A stretch of DNA of 64,000 nt. Origin: Callorhinchus milii. Taxonomy: Eukaryota. Where the stretch lies: positions 49,106,001-49,170,000 of the forward strand of contig NW_024704743.1 of the NCBI RefSeq assembly GCF_018977255.1, read 5' to 3'. Of this stretch, positions 39,281-51,966 are shown in pieces. Each line of letters starts with the position of its first letter. The first letter of the stretch is position 1. Below the pieces are notes generated by a model. It made no database searches. It was not told where the DNA came from and was given only the letters and a program-made list of their open reading frames with translations. Made by a program: the position numbers and the translations under genes.

Positions 39281-39906
39281 GGATATACTGTAAAGTGGAC
39301 CAACTATGTGTTTTGTGGGTATCTTATAGATATGAAGGGCAGAAAACTACAGTATGCTAATAATAATAAATCAAGGAAAGTTAACAAATAAGCTAAAGTA
39401 AATTACGGCAAGAAAAGTGATTGTATACATATTAGGGGCAAACTAACAAGAACATGGAGAAAAGCAAAAAAAATTGAAAAAATTAACAGGCACAAAAAAA
39501 AGTAATAATTTTTAATCAATTTTTTTTAAAAAAGCTATCTGCCTCAATAAGAAAATATTTCAGACAGCCACTGTGCTAATATTCAAGATCGGTCTCCCAC
39601 TTGAAAAATGATCTGCATAAAGGGATATTAAACCATTTGAAATACTGCAGTTCTGGCATTCTGAAATTGGTAGGTATGGTTTGCTGCAGAGATGGGAAGG
39701 ATGTTTAGTGTATGGTTAGGTTTCAGCTCCAATAGCAAGCAACTAAACAACAACAATTACAAGAACAATTTGCATTTATAAAGCACCCTACATAGGATCA
39801 GTGTCTCAGAGTGCTAATTTTGGCCTCCACATCATTTCCTGGTTTATCGATGCTTCCTGGTAACTTGTTCATGATCTTCTACGCAAATAAATATTTCCTG
39901 ATATCT

Positions 39907-40223
39907 GATAATAATAATAATCCTTGCATTTGACATAGCGCTTTTCACGTCGGGATGACGTCCCAAAGCGTTTCACAGAACACATTGGAAAGTGAATTGA
40001 CTGTATATTTGTGGGCGAACGCGGCAGCCAATTGCGCACAGCAATGTCCCACAAACAGTCGTAGATTGAAAATGACCAATTTAATATTGTTTTTGGTTTT
40101 GGAGGGATTATTATTAGGCGTGTGGAGTAAGGAAACTTGCCCAAGGTTTCGCCCTGCCTGGAATTGAACTCAGGTCTCTCGCTTGCAAAGCGAGTGCTCT
40201 AACCACTGAGCTACAGGACTCCA
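39907..40223 (-). mobile_element. Same SINE, full-length young copy in reverse orientation
   Basis: Reverse complement of the 32090 and 61816 copies. Confidence 0.94.
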
Positions 40224-40929
40224 TCTGATCTAAAAATGCCCTTCACAATACAATTTACATTTATGTCTTTCATGTCGGAAAGACACCTCAAGGTGCTTGA
40301 CAATACTGACTGGGCGCCTGAACTAGGAGTGGGAGCCAAGGGGAGTCACAATCCTGCCTTGAAACCATTGCCCCCTGTCTTGAATGGATTTTGTGCAGGT
40401 ATTTTTGGAAATGGCTAACAGCAGAACTTAAAGCCAAATACTTAATGATTTATTTGCTCTGTGGCATAAAACTACAGTCACATTAATTCTTGCATAACAT
40501 AGAATTTGTTCTGGTTATGGAAGCACTATTGCAATTGTAACAAATGCAACAATTTCAGTAGCTTGAAACCAATTTTCAAGCCAATATTCATTCATTAATC
40601 AGAAGATAGCATACTTAATGCTCATATCTATCTAGAAGATGTTAAAATCTACATTGCATTTGCTAAAATGGGTTTAATACAACAGTAAACAATTTCCACC
40701 AGTGGACTAAAGATGTGAAGTGCGCAAATTATTCAAGGGCAGATCCATTAAGTTAAATGATGCACCATTTTCTAATATTAATATCCCCTTATTTCTCCCG
40801 CATTATAAATATGTGAACCAAGTTGCAATACCAACCTGGACCAGCATTTGATTGTTGTATGCTAAAGATGGGTGGTCTGATTTCAATTGCATTCTAGATT
40901 ATCTTCTCAGAGAAGGCATAACCTTCATG

Positions 40930-41480
40930 TCCTAACAACAATAACAACAACTTGCATTTATATATGCCCTTCATGTAGGATAATGTCTTTGAGCGCTTTT
41001 GGCTCTCTATCCTTCAGATTATCCAGTTCAAGATCCTGGTCCTCACATACAAAGCCCTCCATGGCTTCGCCCCACCCTACCTCTCCTAAACCCCTACCAA
41101 CCCACCCGTTCCCTCCGCTCAGCCGGCTCTGGCCTGCTCCACGTCCCCCGACCCACCCACCCCACCATTGGCGGGAGAGCCTTCAGCCACTCTGCCCCAA
41201 ACCCCTGGAATTCCATCTGCCAGTCACTCCTCCTCACCCCCTCCTTAGCCTCCTTCAAGTCCCGCCTCAAAACCCTCCTCTTGGACCCCCCTTCCCCTCC
41301 CCTCCCTTCGCCCCCCCACCACCCCAACCCCAGCTCAGGTGGTCCTGGGTGCTTTCAAAGAGGTAGGATTTGAGGTGGGACTAAAACAGTAAGAGAGGGA
41401 ATGAGACGGAATGGTAGAAGGAGGGAGTTCCAGAGGTAATTGATGTAGGAACTGAAAGCTCAGCCATTGATGGTGACCTG
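40930..41480. mobile_element. Nested L2 fragments in opposite orientations
   Basis: Minus-strand tail at 40935-41000, plus-strand piece at 41000-41330 (GGRAFSHSAPNPWNS..FKSRLKT), minus-strand continuation at 41340-41480. Confidence 0.75.
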
Positions 41481-44400
41481 GAAGTGGGGGGGAAGCAATT
41501 TCAGGGCTCTCAAAGAAGCAGTAAATTTAGAAGTTCAGGATTAGTGGACTTGCATCAAATGGTGATGGCTGGTTTGGGGAGTTCATCGGCAGTTCCAGGT
41601 TCTCTCCTTGTGGATGCTGATGTCACAGCTGTGATGGATGAACCTTTTGCCTTGTGGATCTTTTGCACCACTTAAGTGCCAAGGGATGTCCATTTCCAGC
41701 AAGAGAGAGCCCAGGCATCTCCACCTAACATTCACTACCAGTGCTGAGTCCCTTACTTCCAAAACCTTCCTTCAGATTCTTCAGCGGAGGAAACCCACAC
41801 AACCTTGTAAATAAGAAGTCCATCATAATGGTGCTCTTTTCTACCACCAGAAATGCCTAGAGTTCTGTAAATCTGAGCGTCCTCACTCTTTGAAATAAAA
41901 CAAGCAATAACGTTTCTATATTGGGTTTAAAAGTATTTTGAGCGTAAACAAAATTATAATTTATGCATGAGGTTGGGTGCATGAATATCTCAACAGCCCT
42001 GAAGAGGAGTTAATGATTTTTAACACATGTATCAGCAAGAATCCCACCCCCACCCCAGGGAGATTGAGATTGAAAAGAGGGGCCTTGTGGATTTCAGGAG
42101 ATATATCAAAAAAGATACCCCTGTCAGGCAGGATTAAGATCCCTTGAGTTCTAGCTGATTTCTTAGTACAGCATTTATTCATTTATTTATAGAAGATATG
42201 ATATCATGCCTATAAGCAAGGTATGGCTTTCCTTGCATTAAGCAGCAAAGTTTAAAGTTTAAATTGTTGTAGATCCCCGGCACTATCTGAAGCCAGAAGG
42301 GAGTTTCTCCAGGGCCAACAATCCCCCAATATAATTGATTATTCAGTTTATGGATGTTTCTGGGATAGTGTTATGAACAAAATTATAGCAATAACTTCCA
42401 TTTGGAAACAAACTGAGCTGTAAAATAGTAAACTTCACAATCCACAAGTGAACTCAGTAACAAATAATTTATGATGCACTGCGAACAAGAGGCAACAACA
42501 ATAAACTGCTCAGCTCAGCACAATTTGATTCGCTTCACGTTTTGTGCAAAAGATTGAATTCCTGCAAAAAATATTTTTATCTCATTGTGAATGGATTATG
42601 AATTAAAAGCAAATTGGATACTAGAAGTAAGCTAAAGCTTTTTATTCTATTATTCTCCTTCTCTCCCCCTTCATTTTTGTATTTGAGATGGTTTCTCAAT
42701 TGAATTTCCACTTTCTTTGTTCAGATCAATCTAGAATAGATGGTTTAAGGCTTGGTCTGAAATGCTTTATTTTCCCTGAAAATACTATTCCCATTGTACG
42801 AAAAAATCAGTATAAACCTTGTGTTGACATTTCGCCCACAAAATACAGTCATTCCACTTTACACTGTGAGATCCTTTGAGAAGTCTCGATACTGTGATGA
42901 GGCACTATATCAAATGCAAGGATTATTATTATTACATAAAGTATATCAGCATCTCTCACCCTTTGTATGCCCAAAATAACTTGAAGCACTGGGTGCTTTA
43001 GGGCTCATGTTTTTATTCTACCTAGTGATTCTAAAAAAATCTGTGAAATTAATGTTGCATACATTTACATCATTGATGTTTCTTTTTCAAGTACTTTTTT
43101 GAACCACATTAACCAATAAAATGAGATGTCAAAGCATATATTAAGCTGCATTGTTTAGTAGAAGCTGAAGAGAGTTATTTCTACAATCAGTCAGGTTTTT
43201 TATAGTGAGTTGTAGTGCAGTGACCTATCTTTTCGAACACGCTTTTCACCATTCAACATTCTCTCCAACCTCCCCATCAACTTCCCAGCCCACCCAGCTT
43301 AGGCTCTCAGTCAGCTGTGTGAATGAAGTGCTTTGAAATGTCCTTCTTACTAAAAAAATGTAAATTAAATATATAAATTTTGTTGCGTTTCCATGCTAAT
43401 ACATTCAACAAATCAATTTTCAGTCTGCTCTATTAACACTGAAAAACATTGATGACTGCAGCTTTGAACCACACTAACACTTAGTTATTTTAGAATTTTA
43501 TGGTTCAGTTCTTTCGATGTTTCAGAAAATAACTTGAAGCCATAGTGTGCTTAAAAAAAACAATGATTTCTGATCACTCTTTGGTTTTGTTGGTATTCAA
43601 GAATAAATTACACACCCAGATTATATCAAAAGAAAGGTCAGATAGATTTTGCCATCATAGATTTTGCAGCATAGACAAAGGCCATTAACTTTACCAAGGA
43701 CTGGTGAAGAGCCCATTAATGTCTCAGTACCTAGCATACAGTAATAAGCAGATTATTAACATTAGATTCATATACATTAATAGATTTCATGCTGAGGTAT
43801 ACTTGAGACTGTGACAGCAAAGATGGTGAGAGGGAGTCATGCATAATTCTTAGAACAGCGTGGCTAATTCAAAAAATAATTCATATATTTAAACATAATT
43901 CACTAATACATTGACAGAAGAGAAAGATGTTTGGTTTTATGTTATGGTAATGAATGCTGAAACCTCCTGCAGGTGGCATGATTGAAGAATTAACAATACC
44001 AACAGGAATCCATCAACACAATTTGGCATATGTTGTTAGCACTTACGCAAACTTTCTAAGTTTCCCTTTTTTTCCTTAATGTCAGAGCATCTTAAAAGTG
44101 GCATATACAAAAAAAGTGTACTGATTTATTGAATGTGTTTAGAATATATCAGGGCTCAGCAACATGCTGTATATAACCTCTACCTGCCCACAAAATATGC
44201 GTATAATTTGCCTACAAAATACACACACAGTCACATTTCTTTACAGGATATCCTATGAAGCCCTTTAAGACCTCTCAATGTTGTGGAAAGGTGCTATATC
44301 AAGTGGAATGATTATTATGATTATTATAATCTCTCTTACTAAACAAGATGTAAAGTTCAATAACCTGACAGTTGGCTGGACACTTAAAATCTTTCGTTTT

Positions 44401-44979
44401 TTTTTATATGGAGTTTATGTGTTCTTTTAATAAAATGTAAATGGTAAAATATCTGAAAAATTCACAGGTAAAGCACAAGTCCAAATTCGCCAGCAAAAAA
44501 TTCAAATTGATTTGACTACTCCTCCCAATGTGTTTATGGAATATTCCCAATGTAAATCAATTGCCTCACTTGCCTACATAACATTATAGTAGTAACAATA
44601 ATAATAATACAATTCAGAATTAGCTTGACAATATACTTGGTGAACAAAATATCAACAAACTGCAGAAAATAGCTATTTTAGGAAGTGCAAACATACTAAG
44701 AAAAGTAACATCCATTCATGGGCAAATTAACAGTGTATTTGGTCTGGTTGACCCATACTGACAACAGCTTAGAAACTACCTCTACAGAGTGATTTAAACT
44801 GTCATAACATAATAATAATTCTTACATTTGCTATAGCACCTTTATTGTTGGGAGGACGCCCAAAAATGCTTCAAAGGACTTGCTTTGCAGGATTTACTGT
44901 GAGGTGGAATGGCTTTGTATTTGCAGGCAAACGCAGGTCAGTAACGTCAACATGGAAAATTCTTACATTCGATCCTTGA

Positions 44980-45770
44980 CCATAGAATCATAGAACCATA
45001 GGAATTTACAGCACAAGTTATTCGGCTCATCAAATCTGTGTTGGCTCTTTTAAGAACAAACCTCTCAGTCCCACTTACCTGCCTTTCCCTACCTACCTCT
45101 TGTAGTTGGCTCCTTTTAAGATATTTAGCTTGTTCGCTTTTTAAAGCTAATATGGATTCTTCCTGAAGCACCAAAGCATTCCATATCCTAATTACCCTGT
45201 GAAAAAAAATTCTTATAATCTCCCATCATTTGCTAACTATCTTAAATTGATGCCCTCTAGTCACTGACTCACTAACCAGTGGGGGTAATTCTCCCTATTG
45301 ACTCTATCAAACCCCCTCATAATTTTAAAAAACTCTATCAGGTCACCTCTCAACCTTCCAGCAGAGTGACCAATACTCAACACAATATTCTGAATGAAGG
45401 CTAACTAACATTTACAGCATATAAAACTAGTATTAACTCTTTGGGTTTATATTCTATACCCCTATTTATAAAATCTAAGATTCTATTAGCTTTCTTGACA
45501 GCTGGGTCCACCTGCTTTCCCACCTTTAAGGATTTATATACATTAACACCCAATTCCCTCAGCTGTTCCACTCCTTTTAATATTTTACTACCTGACATTT
45601 ACATGTTTTCCTTATTCTTCCCAAAATATATTTGTTTGCATTAAATTTCATTTGCCATTTCCCTGCCCAATCAACTAATTTGTCTCTCTGAAGTTGCTTG
45701 TAATCTTCTTCATTATTTGCTACACTCCCTATTTTTGTGTCATCTGCAAATTTAGAAATTGAGCCCCTGT
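44980..45770 (-). mobile_element. CR1 ORF2 3' fragment, decayed
   Basis: AVKKANRILDFINRGIEYK; (CATAGAAT)n tail at about 44980. Confidence 0.85.
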
Positions 45771-47197
45771 ATACGTGAATTGATTTGAAGGTTTATTTTC
45801 CAAGTTTGTTGTAAAAAATTGTGGAAAACAGGCTTCCAAATTAAGAATTTTCCACAATTCCACACTCTTAAATTTTAAGACCACAAATGATTTGAGGCCT
45901 CAGATTGCAACTGAAAGAAACGTTTACTCTTTTAAAAAACACAATGTAACTTTAGTAATCTATTAGAGAGAGGACTAAGTGTTGCATTTCAACTGATTTA
46001 ATTATCCATAAATCACAACAGTGGCAGTTTTTACCCTTGTTCTGTGCTGTAAGTGAACATTCTCTATAAGCTTCATCGTAGTGATTTCACAGACTCAAAG
46101 GAGCATGGATTTGAACTAGGGCCATATTTATTTATGTTCTGCAACTCGGAAGCCTGAACTTTAACTTTGAATAACCTGAACCTTGGAGCCTCCACAATCA
46201 AGTGTGAATCTATAGTGCAAATTAACTCAACCATTCATCCTTGATAGTATAGGTACCTGATTCAGGTTGCATGGTTTTAGCAATAATGGGATATCAGGAG
46301 TTCACAGAGTCATAATTGAAAATATAACCTTGTGACTCCCCAGTGCACTCAAGCTTCAATCACTCTGTTGATTCATAATTACAAGCATCAATCATCAATT
46401 ACAGCCATCCATCCTCACTGCTCAAGCACATCAGAAAGACATTTATTTATGTTCCATTTCTATTCCAGGCTTTTCCATGAGATTCTTTTTTTACTCTTGG
46501 AAGTTTTGTTTCTCATTATTTATCTTGTTCGAGGAATTAAACATATGGACAGGGTCTAGCACCTTCTTGGTTGTCTATTAGAAGGAATGGGCTCAGTTGT
46601 TGAAATAATATGTTTTTTTTTAACCTCTTCGTTTTGTGCAAATGGGACTTACTGAGAAGCTATGATCCCTGAGGTGTGGGGAAGCCTCTAGGGTCCCATA
46701 GCTGTGGCCCCCAGAGCAGCAGGAAGGCCTCAAGTACCATTTCCAAGATCAGCATCCATAAATTTACTGTACTTTCTTAGCATTTCATACTGTCCAGAAT
46801 ATAGCAAAATTGTTGAATTCGATTTTAACTTTAAAGTCATTTTTTTCGCAATGTGCCTTCAAAATTGAGACCGTATTTAAGAATTGGCAAATTCTGGATA
46901 CCCTGAAATACTGTATAAATAGAGCAAATCCAGACCTATTTAGAATTTCTATCGTTGGATGTTTTGAACAGCATTGGGGAAGAAATAAGTCAAAAACCTG
47001 GCAGACTGAGTTAAAAATTCAAGAAACATGAAAATGGCAATGAACATAATATAAAATGGAACCAGTGAAAAAGTAGGAAAGAATTCAGAGGCATCAAAGG
47101 ATATTCTTCAATGAAAAGAAACCTTACTCATAGTCTGTATTAAAGAATCTCTTTGGAAGCATCAGAAGGCAAGAAGGAAGAAATCAGCTCCTACTTG

Positions 47198-47545
47198 ATA
47201 ATAATGCTTGCATTTGATATAGCGCCTTATCGGGTCATCAAAGTATCTCAAAGTGCTTCACATGATTTCCTCCAAAGTATAGTGACTGTATAGGCAAACA
47301 TAGCAGCGTATTTGCACACAGGAATATCCCAGAAACAACCAATGAATGAATGATCAATTTTATCTGGAGTATTTCTGGGACACTAGAAGAAAATCTCTTC
47401 TCTTTTCAGATAATATGATGAGATCTTTAACATCCACCTGAATAGGCAAACAGTCCTCGATATAACATCTCAAAATCCCTATGTGTGGCTTGAACCCAAC
47501 TTTCTGACTCAGAAGCAAGAATGCAACCAACTGAGCCAAGCTGAC
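47198..47545 (-). mobile_element. Older DeuSINE-like element
   Basis: Reverse-complement match to the 48455 and 37715 copies. Confidence 0.72.
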
Positions 47546-47640
47546 TCTTGACACTTACTTTAATAAAGTAAGAAAATCTTGAAATCCCAAAGTCATTGAA
47601 AGTTTTCCAAGTTTCACTGTAGATTAACTACAGATGAATA

Positions 47641-47915
47641 TTATAATAATAATCCTTGCATTTGATATAGCGCTTTTCATATCTTCTAGACGTCTCAAAG
47701 CGCTTCACAGAATATACTGTAAAGTGAATTGACTACATATTATGTGGGTGAAACGCGGCAGCCAATTGCGCACAGCAGTGTCCCACACACAGTCATGGAT
47801 TGAAGTGACCAATTTATTATTTTTTTGAGGGATTATTATTAGGCGTGTGGAGTTTTTTTTGAGGGATTATTATTAGGCATGTGGAGTAAGGAAACTTGCC
47901 CAAGGTTTCACCTGC
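47641..47915 (-). mobile_element. Same SINE, 5'-truncated, with an internal duplication of about 33 bp
   Basis: Body match; TTTTTTGAGGGATTATTATTAGGCRTGTGGAGT occurs twice in tandem at about 47820-47887. Confidence 0.88.
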
Positions 47916-48454
47916 CAGTTTACAGCTTTATACACACAAATATATACACACACACTTATGTTATATAAGTATTAACTTTTTGATTGAACATCGCTATACA
48001 GTAGTAATTTCTCTGATCTGCTCACTTTGAAGCAACAATATCAAGATGCCAAAGATGCATCTAGTACCAGTACTTTTTTAAATACAGATTCTAGCTTTCT
48101 AGGAGCCCTCTAAGTGGTGCAGACATTTTCAAAACATGAGTTACTAAGTGTATCACTGGTGTGACCGTAACATCCAGAGCAACTCAAAACCCTGGCAATT
48201 ATCCACACCTCACACCACTGCCTTGAACATTTGAGTCGAATGTTAATTGCTTCGCTGTATCTTTTCTTACAGCAATGTTACTTGAATATATTTAAATATT
48301 TTTCCTGTTTGAATGCAAACAAAAATGTTTTTGTTTATCAAATCACTAATTCATCATTCATTGGCAACAATAAACCTAAGGCATGTGCAAACTACAGCTA
48401 GCATCCTGCTTCAGCTTGTGACAAGTAGTTTCTGGCATTGTATGTTTTGTGTGT

Positions 48455-48745
48455 CAGCCTGGCTGTTGGCAGCACTCTTGCCTCTGAATCAGAAGGTTGT
48501 CAGTGTGATTCCAGTACCGTCCTGGGGGTGTGCTGTATTGATGGAGGTGCTGTCCTTCAGATGAAACATTAAACAGAAGTCCCGTCTGCCTTTTCAGGTG
48601 GATGTTAAAGATCTCCTGGCACTATTCAAAAAGAGAAGGATGTTTCTTACGGTTTTCTGATCAACAATCACCCACTACAATTGATCATTCTCTTCATGGC
48701 TATTTGAGGGACAATGCTGTGTGCAAATTAGCTGCCTTGTTGCAA
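48455..48745 (+). mobile_element. Older DeuSINE-like element
   Basis: GTCCTTCAGATGAAACATTAAAC...CAGGTGGATGTTAAAGATCTCCTGGCACTATTC. Confidence 0.75.
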
Positions 48746-50689
48746 ATATTATTTTTACTGTAAACTCACCACTCCAAAGGAAAAGGGCTCAGCAACCAGT
48801 TATCCAGAGTGGCTAGTTAGGCATAGGACCCCCGGGCCATGGTGAGTGGGTGGGAGGGGGGGTTCACTCTGACTGGTGTGGGCACTTGGCGAAGGTTTGG
48901 TGCACATGCTCAGATGCATCACGGAAGCCTATGGGCTATTGCAGAGCCTGTGACAGGATGGGGGGTGTGGGGCAGGTAAGGAGCAACCGCACGGTCCTCC
49001 AATAGACCAGCGGTCTCTGTAGTGCATCTGAGAGGGTGCACCCAACCTTCACTGAGTGCCTCTCCAGTCATAGGATAGGGCAGGAAGCCTCTGTGATGCA
49101 AGACACTATCTTATATCTGATCAATTTTACATTGTAAGTAATATCATTCTTACAAGAATTTCTACAATATGACTAGTTTCATGTTAAGCAATTAAGTAAA
49201 GCAAATTCCTTCATTAACGTTTTAGTTGGGAAGTGGCTGGAATATTGACAGCATGGCGACTTAAGTGGTCGTGACAAATTAATATTAAATTAAACCAGTG
49301 TCTTGTTATGAGAAGTTCATTGCAGACATTAGAGTTAATATGCAGACATTAGAGTTAATTATTTGGCTAAATTTCATCAAAGTGTAATCCTATTAGTAAC
49401 ATTTCACATTGAATTCCCTCCATGGCCTCGCCCCACCCAACCTCTGCAACTCTCTAGAACCAGCCACTCCCCTCTCTCAGAGAACAATAACCTGCTTTGT
49501 GTTCCCTGCCTTATCCTTATCCGGCCCATCACCAGAGGGTGAGCTTTCAGCCATCCTGACCCAGCTCTTTGGGACTAATCCCAGAGTCCCATTGACTCAA
49601 CCTCCCCCCACCCATCCCTGCTTTCAAAACCAGCCTTATGGACACAACAAAGCCTTATGCTAAAACCCCAAGGCTCGAAAATGTTGCATGAATAGAGCAC
49701 GTATAGAACCAGTTGGAATTTCTCCCCAATGATCTCCTGAATGGTCTGATAACATGTTTATATGGGCCACATTTATATTTTATCTCTGAAGTGTTCTGGC
49801 AGATTATATTTGAACAGTACTTCAATGGAGGATAAATGTCACAATTGACATGTAATTGTATTTCTGCACACAAGCACCCAGTTTGGAGATTCCTGTGACT
49901 GATTAGAGAATGTATTTTTGCACCCATTGTGTAAATAATTTCATAACAATTTGGCCCACAAATAATATTCCTTGCAACGTGACTGAAAACTTTTGAAGCT
50001 TGATGTAGCACAAATAAAAGAAAATATTGATGGGCAAATTGAGATAATGTGTTAAAACCTTTTAGTATGTAAACCCAGGACATTTCGCCAGCAAATAGTT
50101 CAGCGGTTTGGTGCAAGCGCTACAGAATTACTCTGAAATAGTAATTAAAAGAAATAAAATATTTAATGGATAAAACAAAGAAACTTGAAATTCCCGAAAA
50201 ATAAAATTATTTTTAAAATGAAAAGAGTTTCACAGGACTCATTCCTCTAAGACTGAGGATCCTCTCTGCTCTCCCCAGCGCCTGGACAGCTCTTGTATCT
50301 TGTGATGATTAAGCCTCCAAGATCCTGCTTGTGTGAAGGGCGCAATATAAATGCAAGTTGTTGTTGTTGACCAGAACCATATGCAGTACTCCAGGTGCTG
50401 AGCTCCCCTTTGCTCAACTGGTTCTGCCTCCTGCATATCCCTGTTCCCCTCCACTCCACCATCAGTGGGAATGCTTTCACACACTACACCCCGAAGCTAT
50501 GGAACTCTCTATCTCAATCCCTCTGCTTTGCCTCCTCCTTGCCCGTCTTCAGATCACGCAAGTACGAGCGCTCCAGAATTTCTGTGAAATAGTCACTTGA
50601 GTTGCCTGTCAATATATAAAATCATCAAAGCACACTGTATGATTCTATGAGTCAAGTATGGAGTATGGTGTTTAAATATAAGTTCAAGT

Positions 50690-50840
50690 ATGGAATCCTG
50701 AAAAGTAGCGGTTAGAGCACTCGCCTTGCAAGCAAGAGGACCTGGGTTTGATTCCCGGGCCAGGCGAAATGTTGAGCAAGTTTCCTTACTCCACACGCCT
50801 CTGTTTGACTTGCAGTAAGTAGGAATCCGGTTGTTAGTTC
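50690..50840 (+). mobile_element. SINE, long form, 5' part only
   Basis: tRNA head followed by GCCTCTGTTTGACTTGCAGTAAGTAGGAATCCGG. Confidence 0.8.
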
Positions 50841-51966
50841 CAGCTGTTGAACCTCTAATGTAAATGAAAAACTTCCTGTTATTCATACTGAAATTGTCCT
50901 TTGCAACTCTAAGCCTGTGCCCTTTTGTTCCAAGGTCTTGCCGCATCCTATAATATTGTTCTGGGTTCACTTTTTCAATCCTATATGAAATTTTATAAAC
51001 CTCTACAAGGTTCCCTCTGAGATGTCTCTCTCAAGGCTGAACAGCCCTAGCTTGTCTAATTGTTGTTCATAGCTTATTCCTGAAGCTCTGTGTTTTTCAT
51101 GAATACGAAATAACACAAAATAAAAAACTGTAAAACACGAAAAAATCAAGCTTGTGCCGCCCAAACCCGAACACAAAACTCCTGAAAATAAAATGGAAAA
51201 TTATTTAAAAATTGAAAAGAATTTTACAGGGCTCTACTTTATTCCTCTAAAACTGGTAAATTTCTTTACTCTCCCCTCACTGCCTCGACAGCCTTCATAT
51301 GTCACGATGACCAGACCCAAACATAGTATTCTGGATGCTTTACACATTCTCTGTGATCAGCTGGCTCCGGCGACATGCACACACCTCGTTCGATCCACTC
51401 CACCATCTGCGGCTGTCCTTTCAGCAACTACGCCCCAAAACTACGGAACTCTGCCTCAATTCCACTGCCTTGCCTCCTCCTTGCTCGTCTTTAGATCACA
51501 CCTGACAACCTGCCTATCAATCTTCTTCGATCGTGCCTATCGATCGTGCCTATCGTCACTTCCCCCCTCCCCGACTTGATGTCAAGCTCTGCCGCTGTTA
51601 CGTGCCCCGGGACTCTACCCCACATGAAGGATGCTATATGAATGCAAGTTCTTGTTGTGTTGTTGTACTCACTGTACAGTCTGCTCAGAGCACTATATAC
51701 CTTGAGTATGACATCTGTGCATCTGAACTAAATTGTTTTAGCAATATAGCACAGTATATAGCACAATACAGCACAGCATCCTGTCTGCCTTGTTTATTGC
51801 TGCCTCACACTGTTTTGTACTGGAACATAAGCGGTTCCAGTACAGATCCTTGAGACGCCACACTTAATACCAAGCTCCATTTTGACCTCACTCCCTAATT
51901 TCATCACTTCAGCCAATTCTGAACCTTGTCCATTTCTTGCGCTTCATATCAAGATTAATCTTGATG

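Noticed and set aside
49321..49359. 20-bp tandem duplication (similar ones at about 22999-23033 and 29431-29465)
   Set aside because: Ordinary two-copy slippage duplications with no spacers; not a CRISPR-like array.
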